Below, in pieces: positions 1 to 11,564 of a stretch of 64,000 bases of DNA. The notes under the pieces are model-generated. The model was not told the origin of the DNA. It saw only the letters and a program-made list of their open reading frames with translations, and made no database searches. The stretch lies in the NCBI RefSeq assembly GCF_009914755.1, contig NC_060927.1. One strand, written 5' to 3'. Numbering within the stretch: position 1 is the stretch's first letter; each line of letters starts with the position of its first letter. Origin of the DNA: the human T2T-CHM13v2.0 reference genome, Homo sapiens. The translations under genes were made by a program, and so were the position numbers.

Positions 1-101
1 TCCAATCTGCTCTGTCTAAAGGAAGGTTCAACTCTGTGAGTTGAATACACACACACAAAGAAGCTACTGAGAATTCTTTTGTCAAGAATTATAAGAAGAA
101 A

Positions 102-118
102 TCCCGTTTCCAACGAAG
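102..118 (-). promoter_or_regulatory. CENP-B box (intact; repeated in each HOR)
   Basis: tcccgtttccaacgaag is the reverse complement of CTTCGTTGGAAACGGGA and matches the core nTTCGnnnnAnnCGGGn. Confidence 0.97.
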
Positions 119-442
119 GCCTCAAAGAGTTCCAAATATCCACTTGCACACTGCACAAACTAAGTCTTTCCAAACTGCTCTATGCAAAGAAATGTTCAAC
201 TCTGTGAGTTTAATACACACATCACAAAGCAGTTTCTGAGAATGATACTGTCTAGTTTTTATACGAAGATATTTCCTTTTGTACCATTGGCCTCATACTG
301 CTAGAATTTTCCACTTGCAAATTCCACAAAAAGAGTGTTTCCAATCCGCTCTGTCTAAAGGAAGGTTCAACCCTCTGATTTGAATACATACATCCCAAAA
401 GAAGTTACTGAGAATTCTTCTGTCTAGCATTATGTGAAGAAA

Positions 443-459
443 TCCCGTTTCCAACGAAA
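443..459 (-). promoter_or_regulatory. CENP-B box (intact)
   Basis: tcccgtttccaacgaaa is the reverse complement of TTTCGTTGGAAACGGGA. Confidence 0.96.
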
Positions 460-783
460 GCCTCAAAGAGGTCCAAATATCCAGTTGCAGAATTTACAAA
501 CTGACTGTTTCCAAACTCATCTATGAAAAGAAAGGTTAAACTCTGTGAGTTGAATGCACATATCACAAAGTAGTTCCTGAGAATGATTCTGTCTAGTTTT
601 CATACGAAGATATTTCCTTTTCCACCAATGGCCTCAAAGTGCTTGAAATCTCCCCTTGCAAATTCCACAGACAAGTGTTTCAAATCTGCACTGTCTAAAG
701 GAAGGTTCAACCCTGTGAGTTGAATACACACACACAGAAAAAAATTCACTGAGAATTCTATTGTCTATCATTACACGAAGAAA

Positions 784-800
784 TCCCGTTTACTACGAAG
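784..800 (-). promoter_or_regulatory. Variant CENP-B box retaining the 9 core bases
   Basis: tcccgtttactacgaag is the reverse complement of CTTCGTAGTAAACGGGA. TTCG, A10 and CGGG are retained, with two changes at non-core positions. Confidence 0.88.
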
Positions 801-1122
801 GCCTCAAAGAGGTCCAAATATCCAGCTGCAGACATTACAAACTGAGTGTTTCCAAAGTGCTCTATGAAAAGAAGTGTTAAACACTGTGAGTTCAATGCAC
901 ACATCCCAAAGCAGTTTCTGAGAATGATTCCGTCTATTTTTTCTACGAAGATATTTCCTTTTCTACCGTTGGCCTCAAAGCGCTTGAAATCTCCACTTGC
1001 AAATTCCACAAAAAGAGAGTTTCAAATCTGCTCTGTCTAAAGGAAGGTTCAACTCTGTGAGTTGAATACACACCACAAAAAGAAGTTACTGAGAATTCTT
1101 CTGTCTAGCATTATATGAAAAA

Positions 1123-1139
1123 TCCCGTTTCCAACGAAG
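1123..1139 (-). promoter_or_regulatory. CENP-B box (intact)
   Basis: tcccgtttccaacgaag. Confidence 0.97.
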
Positions 1140-1460
1140 GCCACAAAGAGGTCCAAATATCCACTTGCAGATTCTGCAAAAAGAGTGTTTCCAAACTGCT
1201 CTATGAAAAGAAACGTTAAACTCTGTGAGTTGAACGCAAACATCACAAAGTAGTTTCTGAGAATGACTCCGTCTAGTTTTTATACGAAGATATTTCCTTT
1301 TCTACCATTCACTTCAAAGCGCTTGAAGTCTCCCCCTGAAAATTCCACAAAAAGTGTTTCCAATCTGCTCCGCCTAAAGGAAGCTTCAACTCTGTGAGTT
1401 GAATACCCACAACCCAAAGAAGTTACTGAGAATTCTTCTGTCTAGCATTATATGAAGAAA

Positions 1461-1477
1461 TCCCGTTTCCAACGAAG
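1461..1477 (-). promoter_or_regulatory. CENP-B box (intact)
   Basis: tcccgtttccaacgaag. Confidence 0.97.
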
Positions 1478-1799
1478 GCCTCAAATACATCCAAATATCC
1501 AGTTGCTGACTTTACAAACTGAGTGTTTCCAAACTGCTCTATGAAAAGAAAGGTTAAACACTGTGAGTTGAACACACACGTACCAAAGTAGTTTCTGAGA
1601 ATGATTCTGTCTAGTTTGCATACGAAGATATTTCCTTTTCTACCATTGGCCTCAAAGCTTTGAAATCTCCACTTGCAAATTCCACAAAAAGAGAGTTTCA
1701 AATCTGCTGTTTCTAAAGGAAAGTTCAACTCTGAGAGTTGAATACACACCAGAAAAAGCAGTTACTGAGAAGTCTTCTGTCTAGCATTATATGAAGAAA

Positions 1800-1816
1800 T
1801 CCCATTTCCAACGAAG
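1800..1816 (-). promoter_or_regulatory. Degenerate CENP-B box (CGGG>TGGG), predicted non-binding, fixed in all copies
   Basis: tcccatttccaacgaag is the reverse complement of CTTCGTTGGAAATGGGA. The same allele is at the equivalent site in the other units (e.g. ~7582, ~16250, ~62515). Confidence 0.9.
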
Positions 1817-2140
1817 ACTTCAAAGAGGTCCAAATATCCACTTGCAGATTCTGCAAAAAGAGTGTTTCGAAACAACTGTATGAAAAGAAAGGTTAAACAC
1901 TGTGAGTTGAACGCACACATTGCAAAGCAGTTTCTGAGAATGATTCCGTCTAATTATTATACGAAGGTATTTCCTTTTCTATCATTGGCCTCAAAGCGCT
2001 TGATACCTCCACCTGAAAATTCCACAAAAAGAGTGTTTCCAATCTACTCTGTCTAAAGGAACGTTCAACTCTGTGAGTTGAATACACACACACAGAAAGA
2101 ATTCACTGAGAATTCTTCTGTCTGGCATTACATGAAGAAA

Positions 2141-2157
2141 TCCCGTTTCCAACGAAG
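2141..2157 (-). promoter_or_regulatory. CENP-B box (intact)
   Basis: tcccgtttccaacgaag. Confidence 0.97.
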
Positions 2158-2311
2158 GCCTCAAAGAGGTCCAAATATCCACTTGCAGATTCTGCAAAAA
2201 GAGTGTTTCAAAACCGCTCCATTAAAAGGAATGTTGAACTCTGTGAGTTGAATGCAAACATCACAACTCAGTTTCTGAGAATGCTTTTGACTAGATTTTA
2301 TGGTAAGATAT

Positions 2312-2328
2312 TTCCTTTTCTACCGTAG
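2312..2328 (+). promoter_or_regulatory. pJalpha-like (A-box) motif of an A-type monomer; related motifs occupy the box position in the other A monomers
   Basis: ttccttttctaccgtag has one mismatch to the pJalpha motif TTCCTTTTYCACCRTAG as I recall it, and sits 171 bp from the CENP-B box at 2141. Confidence 0.65.
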
Positions 2329-2654
2329 GCTTCATTGCCCTCTAAATACACCCTTGCAAATTCTACAAAGAGACTGTTTCATAACTGCTCTATAGGAAGA
2401 AAGGTTGAACTCTGTGAGTTGAATGCAGAGATCACAACGTGGTTTCTGCGAATGATTCTTTGTAGTTTTTACATGAAGATATTTCGTTGTCAACCGAAGG
2501 CTTCAAAGCACTCAAAGTATTCACTTGGAACTTTTACAAAAAGAGTGTTAGAAAACTGCTCTTTCCAAAGTAAGGTTCAACTCTGTGAGTTGAATGCACA
2601 CATAACAATCAAGAAGTTTCTGAGAATTCCTCTGTCCTGGTTTATATGAAAAAA

Positions 2655-2671
2655 TCCCGTTTCCAACGAAG
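2655..2671 (-). promoter_or_regulatory. CENP-B box (intact)
   Basis: tcccgtttccaacgaag. Confidence 0.97.
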
Positions 2672-2891
2672 GCCTCAAAGACGTTTAAATATCCACTTGC
2701 AGACTTCACAAACAGAGTGTTTCCAAACTGCTCTATGAAAAGAAAGGTTAAACTCTGTGAGTTGAACGCACACATCACAAAGTAGTTTCTGAGAATGATA
2801 CTGTCTAGTTTTTATACGAAGATATTTCCTTTCTACCATTGGCGTCAAAGCGCTAGAATTCTCCACTTGCAAATTCCACAAAAAGAGTGTT

Positions 2892-5800
2892 TCCAATCTG
2901 CTCTGTCTAAAGGAAGGTTCAACTCTGTGAGTTGAATACACACACACAAAGAAGCTACTGAGAATTCTTTTGTCAAGAATTATAAGAAGAAATCCCGTTT
3001 CCAACGAAGGCCTCAAAGAGTTCCAAATATCCACTTGCACACTGCACAAACTAAGTCTTTCCAAACTGCTCTATGCAAAGAAATGTTCAACTCTGTGAGT
3101 TTAATACACACATCACAAAGCAGTTTCTGAGAATGATACTGTCTAGTTTTTATACGAAGATATTTCCTTTTGTACCATTGGCCTCATACTGCTAGAATTT
3201 TCCACTTGCAAATTCCACAAAAAGAGTGTTTCCAATCCGCTCTGTCTAAAGGAAGGTTCAACTCTCTGATTTGAATACATACATCCCAAAAGAAGTTACT
3301 GAGAATTCTTCTGTCTAGCATTATGTGAAGAAATCCCGTTTCCAACGAAAGCCTCAAAGAGGTCCAAATATCCAGTTGCAGAATTTACAAACTGACTGTT
3401 TCCAAACTCATCTATGAAAAGAAAGGTTAAACTCTGGGAGTTGAATGCACATATCACAAAGTAGTTCCTGAGAATGATTCTGTCTAGTTTTTATACGAAG
3501 ATATTTCCTTTTCCACCAATGGCCTCAAAGTGCTTGAAATCTCCCCTTGCAAATTCCACAGACAAGTGTTTCAAATCTGCACTGTCTAAAGGAAGGTTCA
3601 ACCCTGTGAGTTGAATACACACACACAGAAAAAAATTCACTGAGAATTCTATTGTCTATTATTACACGAAGAAATCCCGTTTACTACGAAGGCCTCAAAG
3701 AGGTCCAAATATCCAGCTGCAGACATTACAAACTGAGTGTTTCCAAAGTGCTCTATGAAAAGAAGTGTTAAACACTGTGAGTTCAATGCACACATCCCAA
3801 AGCAGTTTCTGAGAATGATTCCGTCTATTTTTTCTACGAAGATATTTCCTTTTCTGCCGTTGGCCTCAAAGCGCTTCAAATCTCCACTTGCAAATTCCAC
3901 AAAAAGAGAGTTTCAAATCTGCTCTGTCTAAAGGAAGGTTCAACTCTGTGAGTTGAATACACACCACAAAAAGAAGTTACTGAGAATTCTTCTGTCTAGC
4001 ATTATATGAAAAATCCCGTTTCCAACGAAGGCCACAAAGAGGTCCAAATATCCACTTGCAGATTCTGCAAAAAGAGTGTTTCCAAACTGCTCTATGAAAA
4101 GAAACGTTAAACTCTGTGAGTTGAACGCAAACATCACAAAGTAGTTTCTGAGAATGACTCCGTCTAGTTTTTATACGAAGATATTTCCTTTCCTACCATT
4201 CACTTCAAAGCGCTTGAAGTCTCCCCCTGAAAATTCCACAAAAAGTGTTTCCAATCTGCTCCGCCTAAAGGAAGCTTCAACTCTGTGAGTTGAATACCCA
4301 CAACCCAAAGAAGTTACTGAGAATTCTTCTGTCTAGCATTATATGAAGAAATCCCGTTTCCAACGAAGGCCTCAAATACATCCAAATATCCAGTTGCTGA
4401 CTTTACAAACTGAGTGTTTCCAAACTGCTCTATGAAAAGAAAGGTTAAACACTGTGAGTTGAACACACACGTACCAAAGTAGTTTCTGAGAATGATTCTG
4501 TCTAGTTTGCATACGAAGATATTTCCTTTTCTACCATTGGCCTCAAAGCTCTGAAATCTCCACTTGCAAATTCCACAAAAAGAGAGTTTCAAATCTGCTG
4601 TTTCTAAAGGAAAGTTCAACTCTGAGAGTTGAATACACACCAGAAAAAGCAGTTACTGAGAAGTCTTCTGTCTAGCATTATATGAAGAAATCCCATTTCC
4701 AATGAAGACTTCAAAGAGGTCCAAATATCCACTTGCAGATTCTGCAAAAAGAGTGTTTCGAAACAACTGTATGAAAAGAAAGGTTAAACACTGTGAGTTG
4801 AACGCACACATTGCAAAGCAGTTTCTGAGAATGATTCCGTCTAATTATTATACGAAGGTATTTCCTTTTCTATCATTGGCCTCAAAGCGCTTGATACCTC
4901 CACCTGAATATTCCACAAAAAGAGTGTTTCCAATCTACTCTGTCTAAAGGAACGTTCAACTCTGTGAGTTGAATACACACACACAGAAAGAATTCACTGA
5001 GAATTCTTCTGTCTGGCATTACATGAAGAAATCCCGTTTCCAACGAAGGCCTCAAAGAGGTCCAAATATCCACTTGCAGATTCTGCAAAAAGAGTGTGTC
5101 AAAACCGCTCCATTAAAAGGAATGTTGAACTCTGTGAGTTGAATGCAAACATCACAACTCAGTTTCTGAGAATGCTTCTGACTAGATTTTATGGTAAGAT
5201 ATTTCCTTTTCTACCGTAGGCTTCAATGCCCTCTAAATACACCCTTGCAAATTCTACAAAGAGACTGTTTCATAACTGCTCTATAGGAAGAAAGGTTCAA
5301 CTCTGTGAGTTGAATGCAGAGATCACAACGTGGTTTCTGCGAATGATTCTTTGTAGTTTTTACATGAAGATATTTCGTTGTCAACCGTAGGCTTCAAAGC
5401 ACTCAAAGTATTCACTTGGAACTTTTACAAAAAGAGTGTTAGAAAACTGCTCTTTCCAAAGTAAGGTTCAACTCTGTGAGTTGAATGCACACATAACAAT
5501 CAAGAAGTTTCTGAGAATTCTTCTGTCCTGGTTTATATGAAAAAATCCCGTTTCCAACGAAGGCCTCAAAGACGTTTAAATATCCACTTGCAGACTTCAC
5601 AAACAGAGTGTTTCCAAACTGCTCTATGAAAAGAAAGGTTAAACTCTGTGAGTTGAACGCACACATCACAAAGTAGTTTCTGAGAATGATACTGTCTAGT
5701 TTTTATACGAAGATATTTCCTTTCTACCATTGGCGTCAAAGCGCTAGAATTCTTCACTTGCAAATTCCACAAAAAGAGTGTTTCCAATCTGCTCTGTCTA

Positions 5801-8800
5801 AAGGAAGGTTCAACTCTGTGAGTTGAATACACACACACAAAGAAGCTACTGAGAATTCTTTTGTCAAGAATTAAAAGAAGAAATCCCGTTTCCAACGAAG
5901 GCCTCAAAGAGTTCCAAATATCCACTTGCACACTGCACAAACTAAGTCTTTCCAAACTGCTCTATGCAAAGAATTGTTCAACTCTGTGAGTTTAATACAC
6001 ACATCACAAAGCAGTTTCTGAGAATGATACTGTCTAGTTTTTATACGAAGATATTTCCTTTTGTACCATTGGCCTCATACTGCTAGAATTTTCCACTTGC
6101 AAATTCCACAAATAGAGTGTTTCCAATCCGCTCTGTCTAAAGGAAGGTTCAACTCTCTGATTTGAATACATACATCCCAAAAGAAGTTACTGAGAATTCT
6201 TCTGTCTAGCATTATGTGAAGAAATCCCGTTTCCAACGAAAGCCTCAAAGAGGTCCAAATATCCAGTTGCAGAATTTACAAACTGACTGTTTCCAAACTC
6301 ATCTATGAAAAGAAAGGTTAAACTCTGGGAGTTGAATGCACATATCACAAAGTAGTTCCTGAGAATGATTCTGTCTAGTTTTTATACGAAGATATTTCCT
6401 TTTCCACCAATGGCCTCAAAGTGCTTGAAATCTCCCCTTGCAAATTCCACAGACAAGTGTTTCAAATCTGCACTGTCTAAAGGAAGGTTCAACCCTGTGA
6501 GTTGAATACACACACACAGAAAAAAATTCACTGAGAATTCTATTGTCTATTATTACACGAAGAAATCCCGTTTACTACGAAGGCCTCAAAGAGGTCCAAA
6601 TATCCAGCTGCAGACATTACAAACTGAGTGTTTCCAAAGTGCTCTATGAAAAGAAGTGTTAAACACTGTGAGTTCAATGCACACATCCCAAAGCAGTTTC
6701 TGAGAATGATTCCGTCTATTTTTTCTACGAAGATATTTCCTTTTCTGCCGTTGGCCTCAAAGCGCTTCAAATCTCCACTTGCAAATTCCACAAAAAGAGA
6801 GTTTCAAATCTGCTCTGTCTAAAGGAAGGTTCAACTCTGTGAGTTGAATACACACCACAAAAAGAAGTTACTGAGAATTCTTCTGTCTAGCATTATATGA
6901 AAAATCCCGTTTCCAACGAAGGCCACAAAGAGGTCCAAATATCCACTTGCAGATTCTGCAAAAAGAGTGTTTCCAAACTGCTCTATGAAAAGAAACGTTA
7001 AACTCTGTGAGTTGAACGCAAACATCACAAAGTAGTTTCTGAGAATGACTCCGTCTAGTTTTTATACGAAGATATTTCCTTTCCTACCATTCACTTCAAA
7101 GCGCTTGAAGTCTCCCCCTGAAAATTCCACAAAAAGTGTTTCCAATCTGCTCCGCCTAAAGGAAGCTTCAACTCTGTGAGTTGAATACCCACAACCCAAA
7201 GAAGTTACTGAGAATTCTTCTGTCTAGCATTATATGAAGAAATCCCGTTTCCAACGAAGGCCTCAAATACATCCAAATATCCAGTTGCTGACTTTACAAA
7301 CTGAGTGTTTCCAAACTGCTCTATGAAAAGAAAGGTTAAACACTGTGAGTTGAACACACACGTACCAAAGTAGTTTCTGAGAATGATTCTGTCTAGTTTG
7401 CATACGAAGATATTTCCTTTTCTACCATTGGCCTCAAAGCTCTGAAATCTCCACTTGCAAATTCCACAAAAAGAGAGTTTCAAATCTGCTGTTTCTAAAG
7501 GAAAGTTCAACTCTGAGAGTTGAATACACACCAGAAAAAGCAGTTACTGAGAAGTCTTCTGTCTAGCATTATATGAAGAAATCCCATTTCCAACGAAGAC
7601 TTCAAAGAGGTCCAAATATCCACTTGCAGATTCTGCAAAAAGAGTGTTTCGAAACAACTGTATGAATAGAAAGGTTAAACACTGTGAGTTGAACGCACAC
7701 ATTGCAAAGCAGTTTCTGAGAATGATTCCGTCTAATTATTATACGAAGGTATTTCCTTTTCTATCATTGGCCTCAAAGCGCTTGATACCTCCACCTGAAT
7801 ATTCCACAAAAAGAGTGTTTCCAATCTACTCTGTCTAAAGGAACGTTCAACTCTGTGAGTTGAATACACACACACAGAAAGAATTCACTGAGAATTCTTC
7901 TGTCTGGCATTACATGAAGAAATCCCGTTTCCAACGAAGGCCTCAAAGAGGTCCAAATATCCACTTGCAGATTCTGCAAAAAGAGTGTGTCAAAACCGCT
8001 CCATTAAAAGGAATGTTGAACTCTGTGAGTTGAATGCAAACATCACAACTCAGTTTCTGAGAATGCTTCTGACTAGATTTTATGGTAAGATATTTCCTTT
8101 TCTACCGTAGGCTTCAATGCCCTCTAAATACACCCTTGCAAATTCTACAAAGAGACTGTTTCATAACTGCTCTATAGGAAGAAAGGTTCAACTCTGTGAG
8201 TTGAATGCAGAGATCACAACGTGGTTTCTGCGAATGATTCTTTGTAGTTTTTACATGAAGATATTTCGTTGTCAACCGTAGGCTTCAAAGCACTCAAAGT
8301 ATTCACTTGGAACTTTTACAAAAAGAGTGTTAGAAAACTGCTCTTTCCAAAGTAAGGTTCAACTCTGTGAGTTGAATGCACACATAACAATCAAGAAGTT
8401 TCTGAGAATTCTTCTGTCCTGGTTTATATGAAAAAATCCCGTTTCCAACGAAGGCCTCAAAGACGTTTAAATATCCACTTGCAGACTTCACAAACAGAGT
8501 GTTTCCAAACTGCTCTATGAAAAGAAAGGTTAAACTCTGTGAGTTGAACGCACACATCACAAAGTAGTTTCTGAGAATGATACTGTCTAGTTTTTATACG
8601 AAGATATTTCCTTTCTACCATTGGCGTCAAAGCGCTAGAATTCTTCACTTGCAAATTCCACAAAAAGAGTGTTTCCAATCTGCTCTGTCTAAAGGAAGGT
8701 TCAACTCTGTGAGTTGAATACACACACACAAAGAAGCTACTGAGAATTCTTTTGTCAAGAATTAAAAGAAGAAATCCCGTTTCCAACGAAGGCCTCAAAG

Positions 8801-11564
8801 AGTTCCAAATATCCACTTGCACACTGCACAAACTAAGTCTTTCCAAACTGCTCTATGCAAAGAATTGTTCAACTCTGTGAGTTTAATACACACATCACAA
8901 AGCAGTTTCTGAGAATGATACTGTCTAGTTTTTATACGAAGATATTTCCTTTTGTACCATTGGCCTCATACTGCTAGAATTTTCCACTTGCAAATTCCAC
9001 AAAAAGAGTGTTTCCAATCCGCTCTGTCTAAAGGAAGGTTCAACTCTCTGATTTGAATACATACATCCCAAAAGAAGTTACTGAGAATTCTTCTGTCTAG
9101 CATTATGTGAAGAAATCCCGTTTCCAACGAAAGCCTCAAAGAGGTCCAAATATCCAGTTGCAGAATTTACAAACTGACTGTTTCCAAACTCATCTATGAA
9201 AAGAAAGGTTAAACTCTGGGAGTTGAATGCACATATCACAAAGTAGTTCCTGAGAATGATTCTGTCTAGTTTTTATACGAAGATATTTCCTTTTCCACCA
9301 ATGGCCTCAAAGTGCTTGAAATCTCCCCTTGCAAATTCCACAGACAAGTGTTTCAAATCTGCACTGTCTAAAGGAAGGTTCAACCCTGTGAGTTGAATAC
9401 ACACACACAGAAACAAATTCACTGAGAATTCTATTGTCTATCATTACACGAAGAAATCCCGTTTACTACGAAGGCCTCAAAGAGGTCCAAATATCCAGCT
9501 GCAGACATTACAAACTGAGTGTTTCCAAAGTGCTCTATGAAAAGAAGTGTTAAACACTGTGAGTTCAATGCACACATCCCAAAGCAGTTTCTGAGAATGA
9601 TTCCGTCTATTTTTTCTACGAAGATATTTCCTTTTCTGCCGTTGGCCTCAAAGCGCTTGAAATCTCCACTTGCAAATTCCACAAAAAGAGAGTTTCAAAT
9701 CTGCTCTGTCTAAAGGAAGGTTCAACTCTGTGAGTTGAATACACACCACAAAAAGAAATTACTGAGAATTCTTATGTCTAGCATTATATGAAAAATCCCG
9801 TTTCCAACGAAGGCCACAAAGAGGTCCAAATATCCACTTGCAGATTCTGCAAAAAGAGTGTTTCCAAACTGCTCTATGAAAAGAAACGTTAAACTCTGTG
9901 AGTTGAACGCAAACATCACAAAGTAGTTTCTGAGAATGACTCCGTCTAGTTTTTATACGAAGATATTTCCTTTCCTACCATTCACTTCAAAGCGCTTGAA
10001 GTCTCCCCCTGAAAATTCCACAAAAAGTGTTTCCAATCTGCTCCGCCTAAAGGAAGCTTCAACTCTGTGAGTTGAATACCCACAACCCAAAGAAGTTACT
10101 GAGAATTCTTCTGTCTAGCATTATATGAAGAAATCCCGTTTCCAACGAAGGCCTCAAATACATCCAAATATCCAGTTGCTGACTTTACAAACTGAGTGTT
10201 TCCAAACTGCTCTATGAAAAGAAAGGTTAAACACTGTGAGTTGAACACACACGTACCAAAGTAGTTTCTGAGAATGATTCTGTCTAGTTTGCATACGAAG
10301 ATATTTCCTTTTCTACCATTGGCCTCAAAGCTCTGAAATCTCCACTTGCAAATTCCACAAAAAGAGAGTTTCAAATCTGCTGTTTCTAAAGGAAAGTTCA
10401 ACTCTGAGAGTTGAATACACACCAGAAAAAGCAGTTACTGAGAAGTCTTCTGTCTAGCATTATATGAAGAAATCCCATTTCCAACGAAGACTTCAAAGAG
10501 GTCCAAATATCCACTTGCAGATTCTGCAAAAAGAGTGTTTCGAAACAACTGTATGAAAAGAAAGGTTAAACACTGTGAGTTGAACGCACACATTGCAAAG
10601 CAGTTTCTGAGAATGATTCCGTCTAATTATTATACGAAGGTATTTCCTTTTCTATCATTGGCCTCAAAGCGCTTGATACCTCCACCTGAAAATTCCACAA
10701 AAAGAGTGTTTCCAATCTACTCTGTCTAAAGGAACGTTCAACTCTGTGAGTTGAATACACACACACAGAAAGAATTCACTGAGAATTCTTCTGTCTGGCA
10801 TTACATGAAGAAATCCCGTTTCCAACGAAGGCCTCAAAGAGGTCCAAATATCCACTTGCAGATTCTGCAAAAAGAGTGTTTCAAAACCGCTCCATTAAAA
10901 GGAATGTTGAACTCTGTGAGTTGAATGCAAACATCACAACTCAGTTTCTGAGAATGCTTTTGACTAGATTTTATGGTAAGATATTTCCTTTTCTACCGTA
11001 GGCTTCAATGCCCTCTAAATACACCCTTGCAAATTCTACAAAGAGACTGTTTCATAACTGCTCTATAGGAAGAAAGGTTGAGCTCTGTGAGTTGAATGCA
11101 GAGATCACAACGTGGTTTCTGCGAATGATTCTTTGTAGTATTTACATGAAGATATTTCGTTGTCAACCGAAGGCTTCAAAGCACTCAAAGTATTCACTTG
11201 CAACTTTTACAAAAAGAGTGTTAGAAAACTGCTCTTTCCAAAGTAAGGTTCAACTCTGTGAGTTGAATGCACACATAACAATCAAGAAGTTTCTGAGAAT
11301 TCCTCTGTCCTGGTTTATATGAAAAAATCCCGTTTCCAACGAAGGCCTCAAAGACGTTTAAATATCCACTTGCAGACTTCACAAACAGAGTGTTTCCAAA
11401 CTGCTCTATGAAAAGAAAGGTTAAACTCTGTGAGTTGAACGCACACATCACAAAGTAGTTTCTGAGAATGATACTGTCTAGTTTTTATACGAAGATATTT
11501 CCTTTCTACCATTGGCGTCAAAGCGCTAGAATTCTCCACTTGCAAGTTCCACAAAAAGAGTGTT
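2892..11564 (-). repeat. HOR copies U2-U4, 2891 bp each
   Basis: ORF-track offsets 3649, 6540 and 9431 differ by 2891. Confidence 0.96.

Larger units (their letters stand above)
1..2891 (-). repeat. HOR copy U1, representative canonical 2891-bp 17-mer (8 B-type + 9 A-type monomers)
   Basis: Box positions lie at 102, 443, 784, 1123, 1461, 1800, 2141 and 2655, then 2993 in the next unit. This gives seven ~340-bp intervals and one 514-bp interval, i.e. 7x2+3 = 17 monomers. Confidence 0.97.

Noticed and set aside
726-736. (CA)5-6 runs as independent microsatellites
   Set aside because: They are short intrinsic parts of the monomer and are only informative as a haplotype marker.
2482-2498. Plus-strand tttcgttgtcaaccg resembling an inverted CENP-B box
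   Set aside because: It has TTCG but lacks A at position 10 and the CGGG. The flanks are in the same orientation as the rest of the array, so this is neither a box nor an inversion.
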